64,000 bases of DNA from an uncultured Candidatus Poseidoniales archaeon. GTDB taxonomy: Archaea; Thermoplasmatota; Poseidoniia; Poseidoniales; Poseidoniaceae. Location: the NCBI GenBank assembly GCA_964013535.1, contig CAXGWS010000001.1:128861-192860 (forward strand), read 5' to 3'. The notes under the pieces are model-generated. The model was not told the origin of the DNA. It was given only the letters and a program-made list of their open reading frames with translations, and did no database searches. Every line of letters begins with the position of its first letter. Position 1 is the stretch's first letter. Below, in pieces: positions 18,511 through 27,828 of the stretch. A program made the position numbers and the translations under genes.

Positions 18511-19860
18511 ATGGCCTTTTGCCCCCTTGATTACCGATATGGCTGTGAAGACTTCAAACATATTTGGTCTGAACTCGGAAGACACGAAAGACAACTCGAG
18601 GTAGAACGAGCGCTAATATGGGCTCACATGCAACTTGGCAAGGTCAACAAAGAAGACTATGAAGCAGTCGCAGCAATTGCCAATTCCACTGCTGTAACAA
18701 AAGAACGGGTTTCGGAAATTGAAGCGGAGACAAAACACGACATAATGGCACTAACCAAAGCAATGGCGGAAGCCGCTGGTGATGCGGGCTGGTGTATACA
18801 TTTAGGTGCAACTTCAAATGATATTGTCGACACTGCAGTTGCGTTGCAATTGAGAGATAGTATCGTATTATTACGCAAGCAATTATGCTTACTAATCGAG
18901 GTATGTGCTGATGTTGCTGAACGGGAAAGAGATACTGTCATGCTTGGTAGAACCCACGGGCAAGCAGCAGTTCCAATCACTTTTGGACTAAAGGCAGCCG
19001 TATGGTTAGATGAGCTTAGACGTCAACTTATTCGTTTAGATGAAGCGTCACCAAGAATTGCTGTAGGTAAGTTTCTAGGTGCAGTTGGAACCGGTGCAGC
19101 ACAAGGTGAAAACGCAAGAGAATTACAGCGTCTAATAATGACGCATTTGGACCTTGGCGTCCCATTGGCAACAACTCAAGTAGTGGGTCGCGACAGGTAC
19201 ATCGAATATGTTTCTTGGCTGGCTAATGTTGCTGCATCATGCGAGAAAATCTTGCAGGAAATACGTAATCTACAACGCTCAGAGATACAAGAAGCAGGAG
19301 AGGGTTTTGATATCAAAAAGCAAGTTGGCTCCTCAACTATGGCCCACAAAAAGAACCCAATAAAATCTGAAAACGCTTCAGGATTAGCAAGAATCGTTAG
19401 ATCGATGATAATACCGACATATGAAAATGCCCTGCTGTGGCATGAAAGAGACCTCGCCAACTCCAGCAGTGAAAGATTCACATTATCGCACGGGTCTGCC
19501 TTGTGTGAGGATGTCATTACAAAAACCCGGCAAGTATTAACCAATATGTGGGTTGATGCAGATAGATGCTTGGAAAATATAAAGTCGCAGCGTGGTCTTG
19601 TTATGGCTGAGAAAGTAATGATAGAACTCGTCGAACACGGTATTCCAAGGGATGAGGCACACGAAATTTTACGTTCTGCATCATTTGAAGCAGTAGATAA
19701 AAAGATTGAGTTAATTGATGTTTGTAGCAGAACGCCCGAAATTGCGGCAGCATTTTCTGCGGCTGAGTTAGAAGCAATGTTTGATCCGATGAACCATATC
19801 GGAGTTTCAGGTGAAATTGTCGATGAGGCAGTAGCACTTGCGCGTTTAGCCATCAAGTGA
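18511..19860 (+). CDS. purB: Adenylosuccinate lyase
   Basis: Fumarate-lyase signature 'GSSTMAHKKNP' and N-terminus 'CPLDYRYG'. ATG at 18511 preferred over TTG at 18433. Confidence 0.92.
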   Translation: MAFCPLDYRYGCEDFKHIWSELGRHERQLEVERALIWAHMQLGKVNKEDYEAVAAIANSTAVTKERVSEIEAETKHDIMALTKAMAEAAGDAGWCIHLGATSNDIVDTAVALQLRDSIVLLRKQLCLLIEVCADVAERERDTVMLGRTHGQAAVPITFGLKAAVWLDELRRQLIRLDEASPRIAVGKFLGAVGTGAAQGENARELQRLIMTHLDLGVPLATTQVVGRDRYIEYVSWLANVAASCEKILQEIRNLQRSEIQEAGEGFDIKKQVGSSTMAHKKNPIKSENASGLARIVRSMIIPTYENALLWHERDLANSSSERFTLSHGSALCEDVITKTRQVLTNMWVDADRCLENIKSQRGLVMAEKVMIELVEHGIPRDEAHEILRSASFEAVDKKIELIDVCSRTPEIAAAFSAAELEAMFDPMNHIGVSGEIVDEAVALARLAIK

Positions 19861-20517
19861 GACTGACATCTTGTCAATTATTAGTTCGCCTCGACGGCCA
19901 TGCCATTTAACATTACCAACTATGTCTATCTTGCCATCGAAGTGAGGGCCTCGAACCACGAGAGTTTCATACTCTCCCCCCTCGCCGTCAACGTTAAATC
20001 GGTATTTTTCGGATAATTGTATAAGCTCTTGCAACGAATCTTGGTCAAGTATTTTACCTATCCAAGATTCATCCAAACCATCGCATGCCACACTGGTAAT
20101 CATTACTCCAAAACCATTGTCAACCAATCCGGTTATGTGACTTAATGCGGATTGATGCCACAGTGGAGTGTAACTAATTATTCCTATGCGAGAACACATA
20201 CGCTCAAGTCTACTCTTCTGGTAATCCGAGCGCAGCGCACCACAAACTAATGCATCGATGTTTATTCTGGCTAATTCCTGCTCAAGGTCGTAAATTTCTA
20301 AATCCTCGACACCTTCTGTATTAATTGGAATCCAATTTACTTTGGCAAGTTTTGCCTGATGTTCAACGATATCAGTTCCTGGGACTTGAAACATCATTGA
20401 GTCTCCAGAAGTTACTCGCATCGTTATTAGAGCGGTAACATCCCATCCCTTGCAGATTGCCCACCACCATGCTGCGGCTGAATCCTTGCCACCCGAAGAC
20501 AGTATTGCGACTCGCAT
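19846..20517 (-). CDS. dph6: Diphthine-ammonia ligase (MJ0570/Dph6 family, PP-loop ATPase)
   Basis: 'MRVAILSSGGKDS' PP-loop at the trimmed ATG start 20517; ~224 aa. Confidence 0.8.
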   Translation of the reverse strand: MRVAILSSGGKDSAAAWWWAICKGWDVTALITMRVTSGDSMMFQVPGTDIVEHQAKLAKVNWIPINTEGVEDLEIYDLEQELARINIDALVCGALRSDYQKSRLERMCSRIGIISYTPLWHQSALSHITGLVDNGFGVMITSVACDGLDESWIGKILDQDSLQELIQLSEKYRFNVDGEGGEYETLVVRGPHFDGKIDIVGNVKWHGRRGELIIDKMSVSLDG

Positions 20518-20669
20518 ATTTGACTGTAGAAAGTAATTAGTCAATAATTTGATTATCTGTTCGTAGGGATTATAATGGTCGCAAATCGTGCACAATATAC
20601 CGAAGCAACACAATTGATGTGACCCTTACACTCATAAAGTGTCGGCTAAAGGAACTAACAGGTGAGATA

Positions 20670-21392
20670 ATGCAACCAAGCGGAAGAGGATATGACCACG
20701 GAATCACAACTTTCAGCCCAGACGGAAGATTATTCCAAGTTGAGTATGCAAGAGAGTCGGTAAAACGAGGTACAACAACAGCAGGTCTAAAATTCAAGGA
20801 TGGCGTTGTGTTAGTTTGTGACAAGCGAATTATTAGCAGGCTAATTATTCCAGAATCAATCGAGAAGATGTTCAAAATCGACAATCATGTTGGTGTAGCA
20901 ACATCAGGTTTGATGGCTGACGCTCGACAACTAGTTGCTCGTTCAAGGGTTGAAGCCCAAATCAATCGTATCACATACGGAGCAACCGTACCCATCGATG
21001 TCCTAGTGAAGAAAATTTGCGACTTCAAGCAATCGTTTACCCAGTACGGTGGTTCAAGACCATTCGGTACTGCTCTGCTAATCGGTGGAGTTGACGACAA
21101 TGGTATACATCTGTATGAAACCGACCCGAGTGGCGCATACCAATCATACCACGCCGGTGCAATAGGCAGTGGCAGAAATACGGTAATAGAATACTTTGAG
21201 AAGAATTGGAAACAAAACTTGACGCTAAATGCTGCCATGAAACTAGGACTCGAGGCTCTTAGAAACGCCAACGATGCTGAACTAAACCGAGATGCTGTTG
21301 AAGTTGCAGTTGTCGATTCTAACGGCTACCGATTCCTCGACCGAGAAGATGTCAATAAGCAAATCGACAGACTCAAGCCTCTAGAAGAGTGA
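20670..21392 (+). CDS. psmA: Proteasome alpha subunit
   Basis: 'GYDHGITTFSPDGRLFQVEYA' signature; ATG 20670 preceded by GGTGA. Confidence 0.95.
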   Translation: MQPSGRGYDHGITTFSPDGRLFQVEYARESVKRGTTTAGLKFKDGVVLVCDKRIISRLIIPESIEKMFKIDNHVGVATSGLMADARQLVARSRVEAQINRITYGATVPIDVLVKKICDFKQSFTQYGGSRPFGTALLIGGVDDNGIHLYETDPSGAYQSYHAGAIGSGRNTVIEYFEKNWKQNLTLNAAMKLGLEALRNANDAELNRDAVEVAVVDSNGYRFLDREDVNKQIDRLKPLEE

Positions 21393-21441
21393 CCGTCAAT
21401 ATCAATAATTGCCACAGTCAAGGTCTCTATGAGGCAACGAT

Positions 21442-22128
21442 ATGGTAAGTCTAGACAATGCTGTTCTCGCAAGAATGGAGAAAGGTGGAAAACGGTATGA
21501 AATTCTGGTCGACCCAGATTTAGTTGATGCTTTCAAAACTGACCCCACCAGCGTTAAAGTGGATGACTTCTTTGCCATGGACGAAGTATTTCATGATGCA
21601 AGAGGTGGTGAAAGGCCCACAGAAGACGCTATTGAAAATACATTCCAAACTCAGGACATAGTAGAAATTGGTAAAATAATACTTGAGAAAGGTAGCATAC
21701 AACTTACAACAAACCAACGCAAGGCTATGGTTGAAAGAATGCGCCAAAAGATTGTCCATCATATTCAAAGTCAAGCCGTGGACCCAAAAACCAAGAGCCC
21801 ACACCCAACTACCAGGATAGAATTAGCTCTTGAAGAATCAAGGTACTCAGTAGACCCATTCAAGAATCTCGACCAGCAAATCAAGGATGCGATAGACAAA
21901 CTAAAACCACTAATTCCACTTTCTTTTGAGACAATCAGACTCGCATTCAAAGTCCCCGGATCAGGTTATGGTGGAGCAATGCGAATCTTACGCCCATTTC
22001 AGGTGAAGGAGGGTTGGTTGGAAGACGGTTCATGGGCATGTGTGGTGGACATTCCTGCAGGAATGAAAGGCGAATTGATTGGACAAATAATGAGAGTTTC
22101 ATCTCAAACAGAAGTAAAAGAAATGTGA
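21442..22128 (+). CDS. SBDS/Sdo1-family ribosome maturation protein
   Basis: 'KGGKRYEILVDPDLV' N-terminal FYSH-like pattern; 228 aa; canonical position between psmA and rrp4. Confidence 0.88.
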   Translation: MVSLDNAVLARMEKGGKRYEILVDPDLVDAFKTDPTSVKVDDFFAMDEVFHDARGGERPTEDAIENTFQTQDIVEIGKIILEKGSIQLTTNQRKAMVERMRQKIVHHIQSQAVDPKTKSPHPTTRIELALEESRYSVDPFKNLDQQIKDAIDKLKPLIPLSFETIRLAFKVPGSGYGGAMRILRPFQVKEGWLEDGSWACVVDIPAGMKGELIGQIMRVSSQTEVKEM

Positions 22129-22197
22129 TATTACTCGTGATTGCCTAAGGGTTGAGTTTATCATGGGTTGGCCAGTCGGTGGGTCGGAGAGAAAGAA

Positions 22198-22893
22198 ATG
22201 TCCCAAGGTCGAAGCGGCGCCGAGCAGCGCCTAGTGACCCCGGGAATGGCCATTGGGCCATTGGCCGGGATGCGTGTCGGAAGTGGCGCAATCAGCCAAA
22301 ACGACGAAATTATAGCAACCAAACTCGGTTGGGTAAGAGAACTAAACGGCACCATATCGGTAGACCCCATCAACAGCCCCTACCTACCAAGGTCAGGAGA
22401 CTTAGTCATCGGCACTGTTGCAGAGGTAAGAAACAACTTATGGTTTATGAACATAAACGGCTCATTTCAAGGTCTCCTACCAATGTCATTAGCTCCTTGG
22501 AAGGTTGAATTTGGACAAGCCAGACAACACATGGATGTTGGCGACTCCGCCCTAGCAAGGGTGCAAGAAGTTGACGAGTGCCACAATGTCGTCCTCACTA
22601 TGAAAGGCGTTGGTCTTAGAAGACTATCACAAGGAGCAGTAGTCGAGGTACCAGTTAACCACCTTGACCGAATTCGTGGCGTTGACAATGCTAATTTAGA
22701 CCGCATGAAAAACATCAGTGATTGTCGTATCATTGTCGGCGAAAATGGCCGAGTTTGGATTGACGGTGACGCTGATGGAATTTCTTGGACAAGAGAAGCA
22801 CTGTCATTGGCAAAACAAAGCGGACATAAAGATAATTTTGATTCAATAATGAAGAAACATGAAGCAGTATTCAATAAACAAGGTGATGCATAA
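22198..22893 (+). CDS. rrp4: Exosome RNA-binding subunit Rrp4 (S1 + KH)
   Basis: 'LVTPGMAIGP', an S1-like core and a KH-like C-terminus; directly upstream of rrp41. ATG 22198 preferred over TTG 22168. Confidence 0.85.
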   Translation: MSQGRSGAEQRLVTPGMAIGPLAGMRVGSGAISQNDEIIATKLGWVRELNGTISVDPINSPYLPRSGDLVIGTVAEVRNNLWFMNINGSFQGLLPMSLAPWKVEFGQARQHMDVGDSALARVQEVDECHNVVLTMKGVGLRRLSQGAVVEVPVNHLDRIRGVDNANLDRMKNISDCRIIVGENGRVWIDGDADGISWTREALSLAKQSGHKDNFDSIMKKHEAVFNKQGDA

Positions 22894-23621
22894 TGGGCGG
22901 ATATGGAGATGTACAGTTATTACGAGATGACGGACTGAGATTAGACGGAAGAAAATTGGATGAATCGAGACCGGTATCCATACAGGCAGGAATTCTGCCT
23001 GCGGCTGACGGCTCAGCAATGGTTACTCATGGACTAAACGTTGCTGTAGCAGCAGTTTATGGCCCAATGGAAGCCCACCCAAGAAAGATTCAACGCCAAG
23101 ACAGAGCGGTAATTGATGTAAGATACAACATGGCACCGTTTTCTACCAGCGATAGAATCCGACCGGGTTTTAATCGACGTTCTCGAGAAATTTCCAAAGT
23201 CACCGCAGAGGCCCTAGAATCAGTGGTGCTGGTTGAGAGGTTCCCAAGATCGAAAATTCGTGTAGAAATTGAAATTCTAGCAGCAGAAGCTGGTACTCGA
23301 TGTGCTGGTATCACTGCAGCATCTGTAGCACTGGCAGATGCGGGAATTCCAATGCGCGACATGATTGTCGGTGTAGCATCTGGAAAGATTGAGGACACAG
23401 TTGTCTTAGATTTGGATAAAGCAGAGGACAACTATGGTCAGGCTGACCTGCCTGCTGGAATACTTCCCAACACCGGTGAAATCGCATTCTTGCAAATGGA
23501 TGGCGATCTATCTCCAGAAGAATTTGATTTGGCAATGGAATACAACTTCAAAGCCGCTAAAGAAATTCACGAAATAATGGTAGATGCATTGAAATCTCGT
23601 TACGAGGAAGGTGACAACTGA
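22893..23621 (+). CDS. rrp41: Exosome catalytic subunit Rrp41 (RNase PH fold)
   Basis: 'LRLDGRKLDESRP', 'ADGSAMV'; TAATG overlap with rrp4. Confidence 0.92.
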   Translation: MGGYGDVQLLRDDGLRLDGRKLDESRPVSIQAGILPAADGSAMVTHGLNVAVAAVYGPMEAHPRKIQRQDRAVIDVRYNMAPFSTSDRIRPGFNRRSREISKVTAEALESVVLVERFPRSKIRVEIEILAAEAGTRCAGITAASVALADAGIPMRDMIVGVASGKIEDTVVLDLDKAEDNYGQADLPAGILPNTGEIAFLQMDGDLSPEEFDLAMEYNFKAAKEIHEIMVDALKSRYEEGDN

Positions 23622-24406
23622 TGGTTGAATTAGTACCAAATTTACTTCGCCAAGAAATGGCTAGATTAGCAGAACAAGATGCGAGAATCGATGGCAGAGG
23701 TCAATTCGAAGGCAGAGAAATAACACTAGAAACCGATTGTCTGTACAATGCTGAAGGTTCAGCAAAAGTCACAATGGGCAAAACCGTTGTCTATGCCGGA
23801 GTCAAGTTCGAAATAAGAACACCATGGCCTGACAGACCTTCTGAAGGTTCGTTGATGTGTGGTGCAGAACTTAGGCCAGTTGCCCATCGGAAATATGAAC
23901 CAGGGCCTCCATCACCAGAATCTATCGAACTTGGAAGAGTCGTTGATCGTGGTATTAGAGAATCTGGTTGTATCGACATGAACAGCCTGTGCATCATCCC
24001 CGGCGAAAAAGTATGGGGGGTAATGATCGATATTCACGTGCTATCTGATGGTGGAAATATCTTCGATGCCTGTGGACTTGCCGCTATCGCTGCATTGAGA
24101 ACTGCGATAGTCCCCGCTGAGCGATTTGATGTGGGCGATGACTACACCCTTTCTGTGAATGGTACGCCAATTATGGCATCGTTTACCAGAGTCGGTGGCA
24201 GATATGTTTACGACCCTTGTGAAGAGGAAGAATTGGGCGGTGACGAGCGAATTCATATCACAATCGGAGATGAAGGACATCTTCACTCACTACAAAAGGG
24301 GTTAAGAGGGGTATTCACGCCGCAAGAATTCGCAGAGATATTCTCGGTAGCCCAGAACAAGTGTGCAGAACTAAGAAAAATCGTTGCAAAAAAGGAGGCG
24401 AACTGA
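23621..24406 (+). CDS. rrp42: Exosome subunit Rrp42 (RNase PH-like)
   Basis: 'RIDGRGQFEGREI', 'AEGSAKV'; TGATG overlap with rrp41. Confidence 0.9.
   Translation: MVELVPNLLRQEMARLAEQDARIDGRGQFEGREITLETDCLYNAEGSAKVTMGKTVVYAGVKFEIRTPWPDRPSEGSLMCGAELRPVAHRKYEPGPPSPESIELGRVVDRGIRESGCIDMNSLCIIPGEKVWGVMIDIHVLSDGGNIFDACGLAAIAALRTAIVPAERFDVGDDYTLSVNGTPIMASFTRVGGRYVYDPCEEEELGGDERIHITIGDEGHLHSLQKGLRGVFTPQEFAEIFSVAQNKCAELRKIVAKKEAN
24393..24398 (+). promoter_or_regulatory. Shine-Dalgarno-like AGGAGG upstream of the rpl37ae TTG start
   Basis: 8 nt before TTG 24407; supports the non-ATG start. Confidence 0.5.
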
Positions 24407-24757
24407 TTGGCAAAAAGAACCCAAAAAGCAGGAGCAACCGCTAGATTCGGTGCAAGATATGGTGTTTCAGTAAGAAGAAATTCTGCGTCAGCACTGGCGA
24501 AGAAAAGCAGAAAATACACCTGTCCGGTTTGTCAATATCAAAAAGTAACTCGTAAGTCAGTAGGTATTTGGCACTGTAACAAGTGTGACTACACATTTGC
24601 TGGCGGTGCTTGGGAACCTTTCACTAGAGCATCTGACGCTAACAGCAGAATCATGCGTAGATCTGTAGAAGGTGCAACAACTGCCGATATGGCATATATT
24701 GCACAACAAGCTGCACTTGACTACGAGAGAAGTTTGTCTGAATCAGAAGAAGAGTGA
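24407..24757 (+). CDS. rpl37ae: Ribosomal protein eL43 (L37Ae) with C-terminal extension
   Basis: 'AKRTQKAGATARFGARYG' plus C4 ribbon 'CPVC...CNKC'. TTG start directly after the rrp42 stop, with AGGAGG 8 nt upstream. Confidence 0.9.
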   Translation: MAKRTQKAGATARFGARYGVSVRRNSASALAKKSRKYTCPVCQYQKVTRKSVGIWHCNKCDYTFAGGAWEPFTRASDANSRIMRRSVEGATTADMAYIAQQAALDYERSLSESEEE

Positions 24758-24775
24758 GATTCCAGAGGGACCGAA

Positions 24776-25036
24776 ATGTCCACTGAATGGAAATTAACCT
24801 TAGAAGTACAATCCAACACTAAGGATAATACTGAATCGCTAGCTGCCGCCTTAATCACAGATTGCGAGATAAGTTATCACGATGGGTCTTTTTCCATTGA
24901 GATTATCGAATCGAAAGCTAAAGATTTACGAGCAATGTGGAACACAAGAGTTCGTGGTCTAATCGCTGTTGATTCACTGGTATCTATGATCGACAATTTG
25001 CCTGCAGGCGAGGATTCATCAACTAGGAATGATTGA
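24776..25036 (+). CDS. pcc1: KEOPS subunit Pcc1-like
   Basis: 86 aa; 'SIEIIESKAKDLRAMWNTRVRGLI' resembles the Pcc1 'A.D..ALR..VNSYLRWI' block as I recall it; located in the exosome superoperon next to prefoldin. Confidence 0.6.
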   Translation: MSTEWKLTLEVQSNTKDNTESLAAALITDCEISYHDGSFSIEIIESKAKDLRAMWNTRVRGLIAVDSLVSMIDNLPAGEDSSTRND

Positions 25037-25055
25037 AAAAAAGTGGTGAGAAGTA

Positions 25056-25370
25056 ATGAGTGATGTGGAACAGTTCCAAATTGTAGTCTCGGAAATCCAA
25101 TCTGTAAGGCAGCAAATGGCTAGCCTCAATGCCCAAATTCTAGAATTAAAGGCAACCTCAGATGCTGTCGCTAAACAACCTTCAGAATTAGCGCTACATC
25201 AGCAACTCGGGGGTGTGTTGATTGAAGTGGCAGATAGAAAAGCCTTGGCAGATGTTCTAGATAACGATGTCAAAACCCTATCAGAGCATTTGACTAGGTT
25301 ACAATCTCGTGAAACCGACTTACTGAATTCCTATGAAGAATTGAAGAAGGTTCTAGAGGGATCTAATTGA
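25056..25370 (+). CDS. pfdB: Prefoldin beta subunit
   Basis: 104 aa with two coiled-coil arms around a central 'LGGVLIEV' beta hairpin; GGTGA 6 nt upstream of the ATG. Confidence 0.7.
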   Translation: MSDVEQFQIVVSEIQSVRQQMASLNAQILELKATSDAVAKQPSELALHQQLGGVLIEVADRKALADVLDNDVKTLSEHLTRLQSRETDLLNSYEELKKVLEGSN

Positions 25371-25399
25371 TTACTGGACAGGGTTCAACCAACCCAAGA

Positions 25400-26374
25400 A
25401 TGGAAGAATTACACACTTGGATTGAGAACGCATGTTCCAATGGTGCTGTGCCGGTAATTACCGGTATGAATGGTGATATGGATACTGTTGGTTCGGCCAT
25501 ATCTCTTGCTGCATCAAACCCAAACATGATGGCTTGTGGACTGCATCTCGGGCGAGTATCAAAGCGGATTTGCCAAGATTTATCGGCTCCTTTCAAAAAA
25601 ATCTCTGACTGTACTGAATTACCAAAAAACTTGGGCGGAATTATCATTGTTGATGCGGCATCACCATCTCAAATTGGTTTTGAACTACCAAAGAATATCC
25701 CAAAATGCATCATAGACCATCATGTTTCAGACGATTGGGACATGCATGAACATGATTTGTCGGTAAAGATGTCAGTCTCTGCAACCACCGAAATCGTGAC
25801 CACATATCTTGCACAGTACTCGAAAGATAGTTTAACTGAACCTGTAAGAAAGTTGTTATTAGCAGGGCTACTAACAGACAGTGGTAGGTTCAGGCACAAT
25901 TCCAAAGAAGCGTTCAAGACAGCCAACTTATTACTCAAAGAATCGAAAATCGATTATGCCCAATTTGTTGAGTGGTTAGAATCTAGCGAAATAAATGCCA
26001 GTGAAAGGGGCAGTTTGCTCCGTGGCCTGCAAAGAGCAAAGGCTACAGAATCAGGTGATTGGTCAATCATTCACTCTTATTGCGGAACACTTGAAGGAAA
26101 ATTAGCCGGTTTGCTCTTAGGTTCAGGACACGACATTGCTTTGGTTAGTAGAAGCAGGGATGGAGAAACTAGGTTGACTGCACGTGCTACCAAAAATGCT
26201 ACATCAAAGGGAATATCTTTAGCCAATATTATGAATCAAATTAGCGAAAGTCTAGGCGGCAGCGGTGGAGGCCATGATGGAGCCGCTGGATGGACAGGCA
26301 CTGTTGATAGAATAACTGCGGAAAGTTCGTTCATTTCTCAAGTTGCCAAAATTACGCCACGAGGTGATGCATAA
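25400..26374 (+). CDS. DHH/DHHA1 phosphoesterase (NrnA-like nanoRNase / pAp phosphatase)
   Basis: Motifs 'GDMDTVGSA', 'IIVDAASP', 'IIDHHVSDD', 'LLTDSGRF' and DHHA1 'GGGHDGAAG'. An alternative TTG start at 25367 overlaps the pfdB stop. Confidence 0.8.
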   Translation: MEELHTWIENACSNGAVPVITGMNGDMDTVGSAISLAASNPNMMACGLHLGRVSKRICQDLSAPFKKISDCTELPKNLGGIIIVDAASPSQIGFELPKNIPKCIIDHHVSDDWDMHEHDLSVKMSVSATTEIVTTYLAQYSKDSLTEPVRKLLLAGLLTDSGRFRHNSKEAFKTANLLLKESKIDYAQFVEWLESSEINASERGSLLRGLQRAKATESGDWSIIHSYCGTLEGKLAGLLLGSGHDIALVSRSRDGETRLTARATKNATSKGISLANIMNQISESLGGSGGGHDGAAGWTGTVDRITAESSFISQVAKITPRGDA

Positions 26375-27438
26375 TGTCAGAAATAGAAGTGCCAAATTCA
26401 CCCGGGAAATTTATTTCAAAATGGCGAAGTGAGGGGCCTGTTGACAATTCCACTCTAGCCACTTGGAAGGATGAGATGAATATCGAATCATGGTTAATGA
26501 TAGCAGAGGCAGCGTTGTTTCTTGATGCCGCTGAGTTATTTGAAATTATAAAGTCTAATTTATCAGCGGCAGAACACGCAACAATCGGACTTGTTAGAAG
26601 ACGAATGTTGGGCGACAATAAACTGGAACATGCTATTGATGAAGCGATAAAAATTGCAAAGAATCCTGAAACTAGAGACTTAAAATTAGAGGGAAGGCTA
26701 CGCATGGAGAGGGGTTTAGCGAGATTTGAAAGTGGCGACGTCGAGGGTGCTAAAGACGACCTTGAGTGGGCTGAACTGAGGCTGAAATCTGTTGCAAAAG
26801 CCAGTCGTGACCACGATTTATCATTGCTAAATAGGGCAGCTCTGTTGATGGCTACCAATGCGCCGTTGATGGCACTAAATGTCTATTCCGAAATAACCCG
26901 AGATGGCGATCATGCTCACGAAACAATTGCGATTTCAAGGCTCGGTGCTTCGCGAATTAGAGCATCAATGGGACACATGTTTGACGCTGCGAGACACGCA
27001 TGGAATGCGCATTCTCACGCAATTCAAGCATACCAAACAAATATGGCTATTGAGGCAGGAACACTGTTCTTAGAATTATCACTCGCTAATATCGATACCG
27101 ATGCTGAAAGAATGCAAGTTCAAGTCGAAAATGCCAAGCCAAGAAGGGTGGAAGACCCTGAACCTATGCTTGTGGTTAATCCTCTTGATATCGATGGTGT
27201 TTTTGACTGGTGCTTCAATAATTTGCCCAAATCAAATGCTGGTGAGCATCGTCCTGATTTGAGAGCCATGGTTAGCATCGCCAAAAATTTAGCAAAAATT
27301 GACTACTTTGATGATTTATTTTCGGAGCCGGATGGAGTTGAAGACGCGACATTGGCCGCAATGATACAGGTTTGTTCAGATGACGAAGAGCACAATAGAA
27401 TATGGGGTGAGAGACTGTCGGTTCTAACTTTAATTTGA
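26374..27438 (+). CDS. Helical-repeat (TPR-like) protein, hypothetical
   Basis: ATAATG overlap with the DHH gene; predicted all-helical and Ala/Leu-rich; no recognisable family. Confidence 0.5.
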   Translation: MSEIEVPNSPGKFISKWRSEGPVDNSTLATWKDEMNIESWLMIAEAALFLDAAELFEIIKSNLSAAEHATIGLVRRRMLGDNKLEHAIDEAIKIAKNPETRDLKLEGRLRMERGLARFESGDVEGAKDDLEWAELRLKSVAKASRDHDLSLLNRAALLMATNAPLMALNVYSEITRDGDHAHETIAISRLGASRIRASMGHMFDAARHAWNAHSHAIQAYQTNMAIEAGTLFLELSLANIDTDAERMQVQVENAKPRRVEDPEPMLVVNPLDIDGVFDWCFNNLPKSNAGEHRPDLRAMVSIAKNLAKIDYFDDLFSEPDGVEDATLAAMIQVCSDDEEHNRIWGERLSVLTLI

Positions 27439-27828
27439 ATTCTGACACCATTCATCCAAATCAATGAATTCCTGTTTAGTCCACATAATTACGGGAGGGA
27501 CTTCGCTCCACCAGCCAATCTCCTCTACCTTACTGTCATCAACCTCCCACCGTTGACTTGATGGTTTTGCATCGGTCACCACGCTAGCCACCCATCCCTC
27601 GGGATAGTAGGTTTTGTTCCAAGTTTTTATTGTGACTTGGAGACCAGTCTCTTCCAGTATTTCGCGGCGTAATGCAGTTTCTGGTGATTCTCCATCATTC
27701 AAATGGCCGCCTGGAATCTCCCAGCCTCGCTCAGGGTGCCTGACAAAGACTACGTGACCGCCATCTTGCAGACTAGCACCATGTTCATCCGAGGATGTAA
27801 TCCAAGCAAGTACAAATTTTGGCATCAT
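27430..27828 (-). CDS. Nudix hydrolase
   Basis: Nudix box 'GGHLNDGESPETALRREILEETGL'; 132 aa. Confidence 0.85.
   Translation of the reverse strand: MMPKFVLAWITSSDEHGASLQDGGHVVFVRHPERGWEIPGGHLNDGESPETALRREILEETGLQVTIKTWNKTYYPEGWVASVVTDAKPSSQRWEVDDSKVEEIGWWSEVPPVIMWTKQEFIDLDEWCQNSN

Noticed and set aside
19176-19877. 233-aa ORF antisense to purB
   Set aside because: purB is unambiguous (fumarate-lyase signature). The antisense product is low-complexity and Ser/Ala-rich.
22152-22508. 118-aa Arg-rich ORF overlapping rrp4 in another forward frame
   Set aside because: Its Arg/Lys-rich composition derives from frame-shifted reading of rrp4 codons. The rrp4 frame fits the operon and the S1/KH pattern.
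26352-26858. 168-aa minus-strand ORF opposite the 26374-27438 gene
   Set aside because: The plus-strand ORF is twice as long and is start-stop coupled (ATAATG) to the upstream DHH gene. The minus-strand product is Ser/Ala low-complexity. Neither ORF has a known family, so this choice is moderately confident only.
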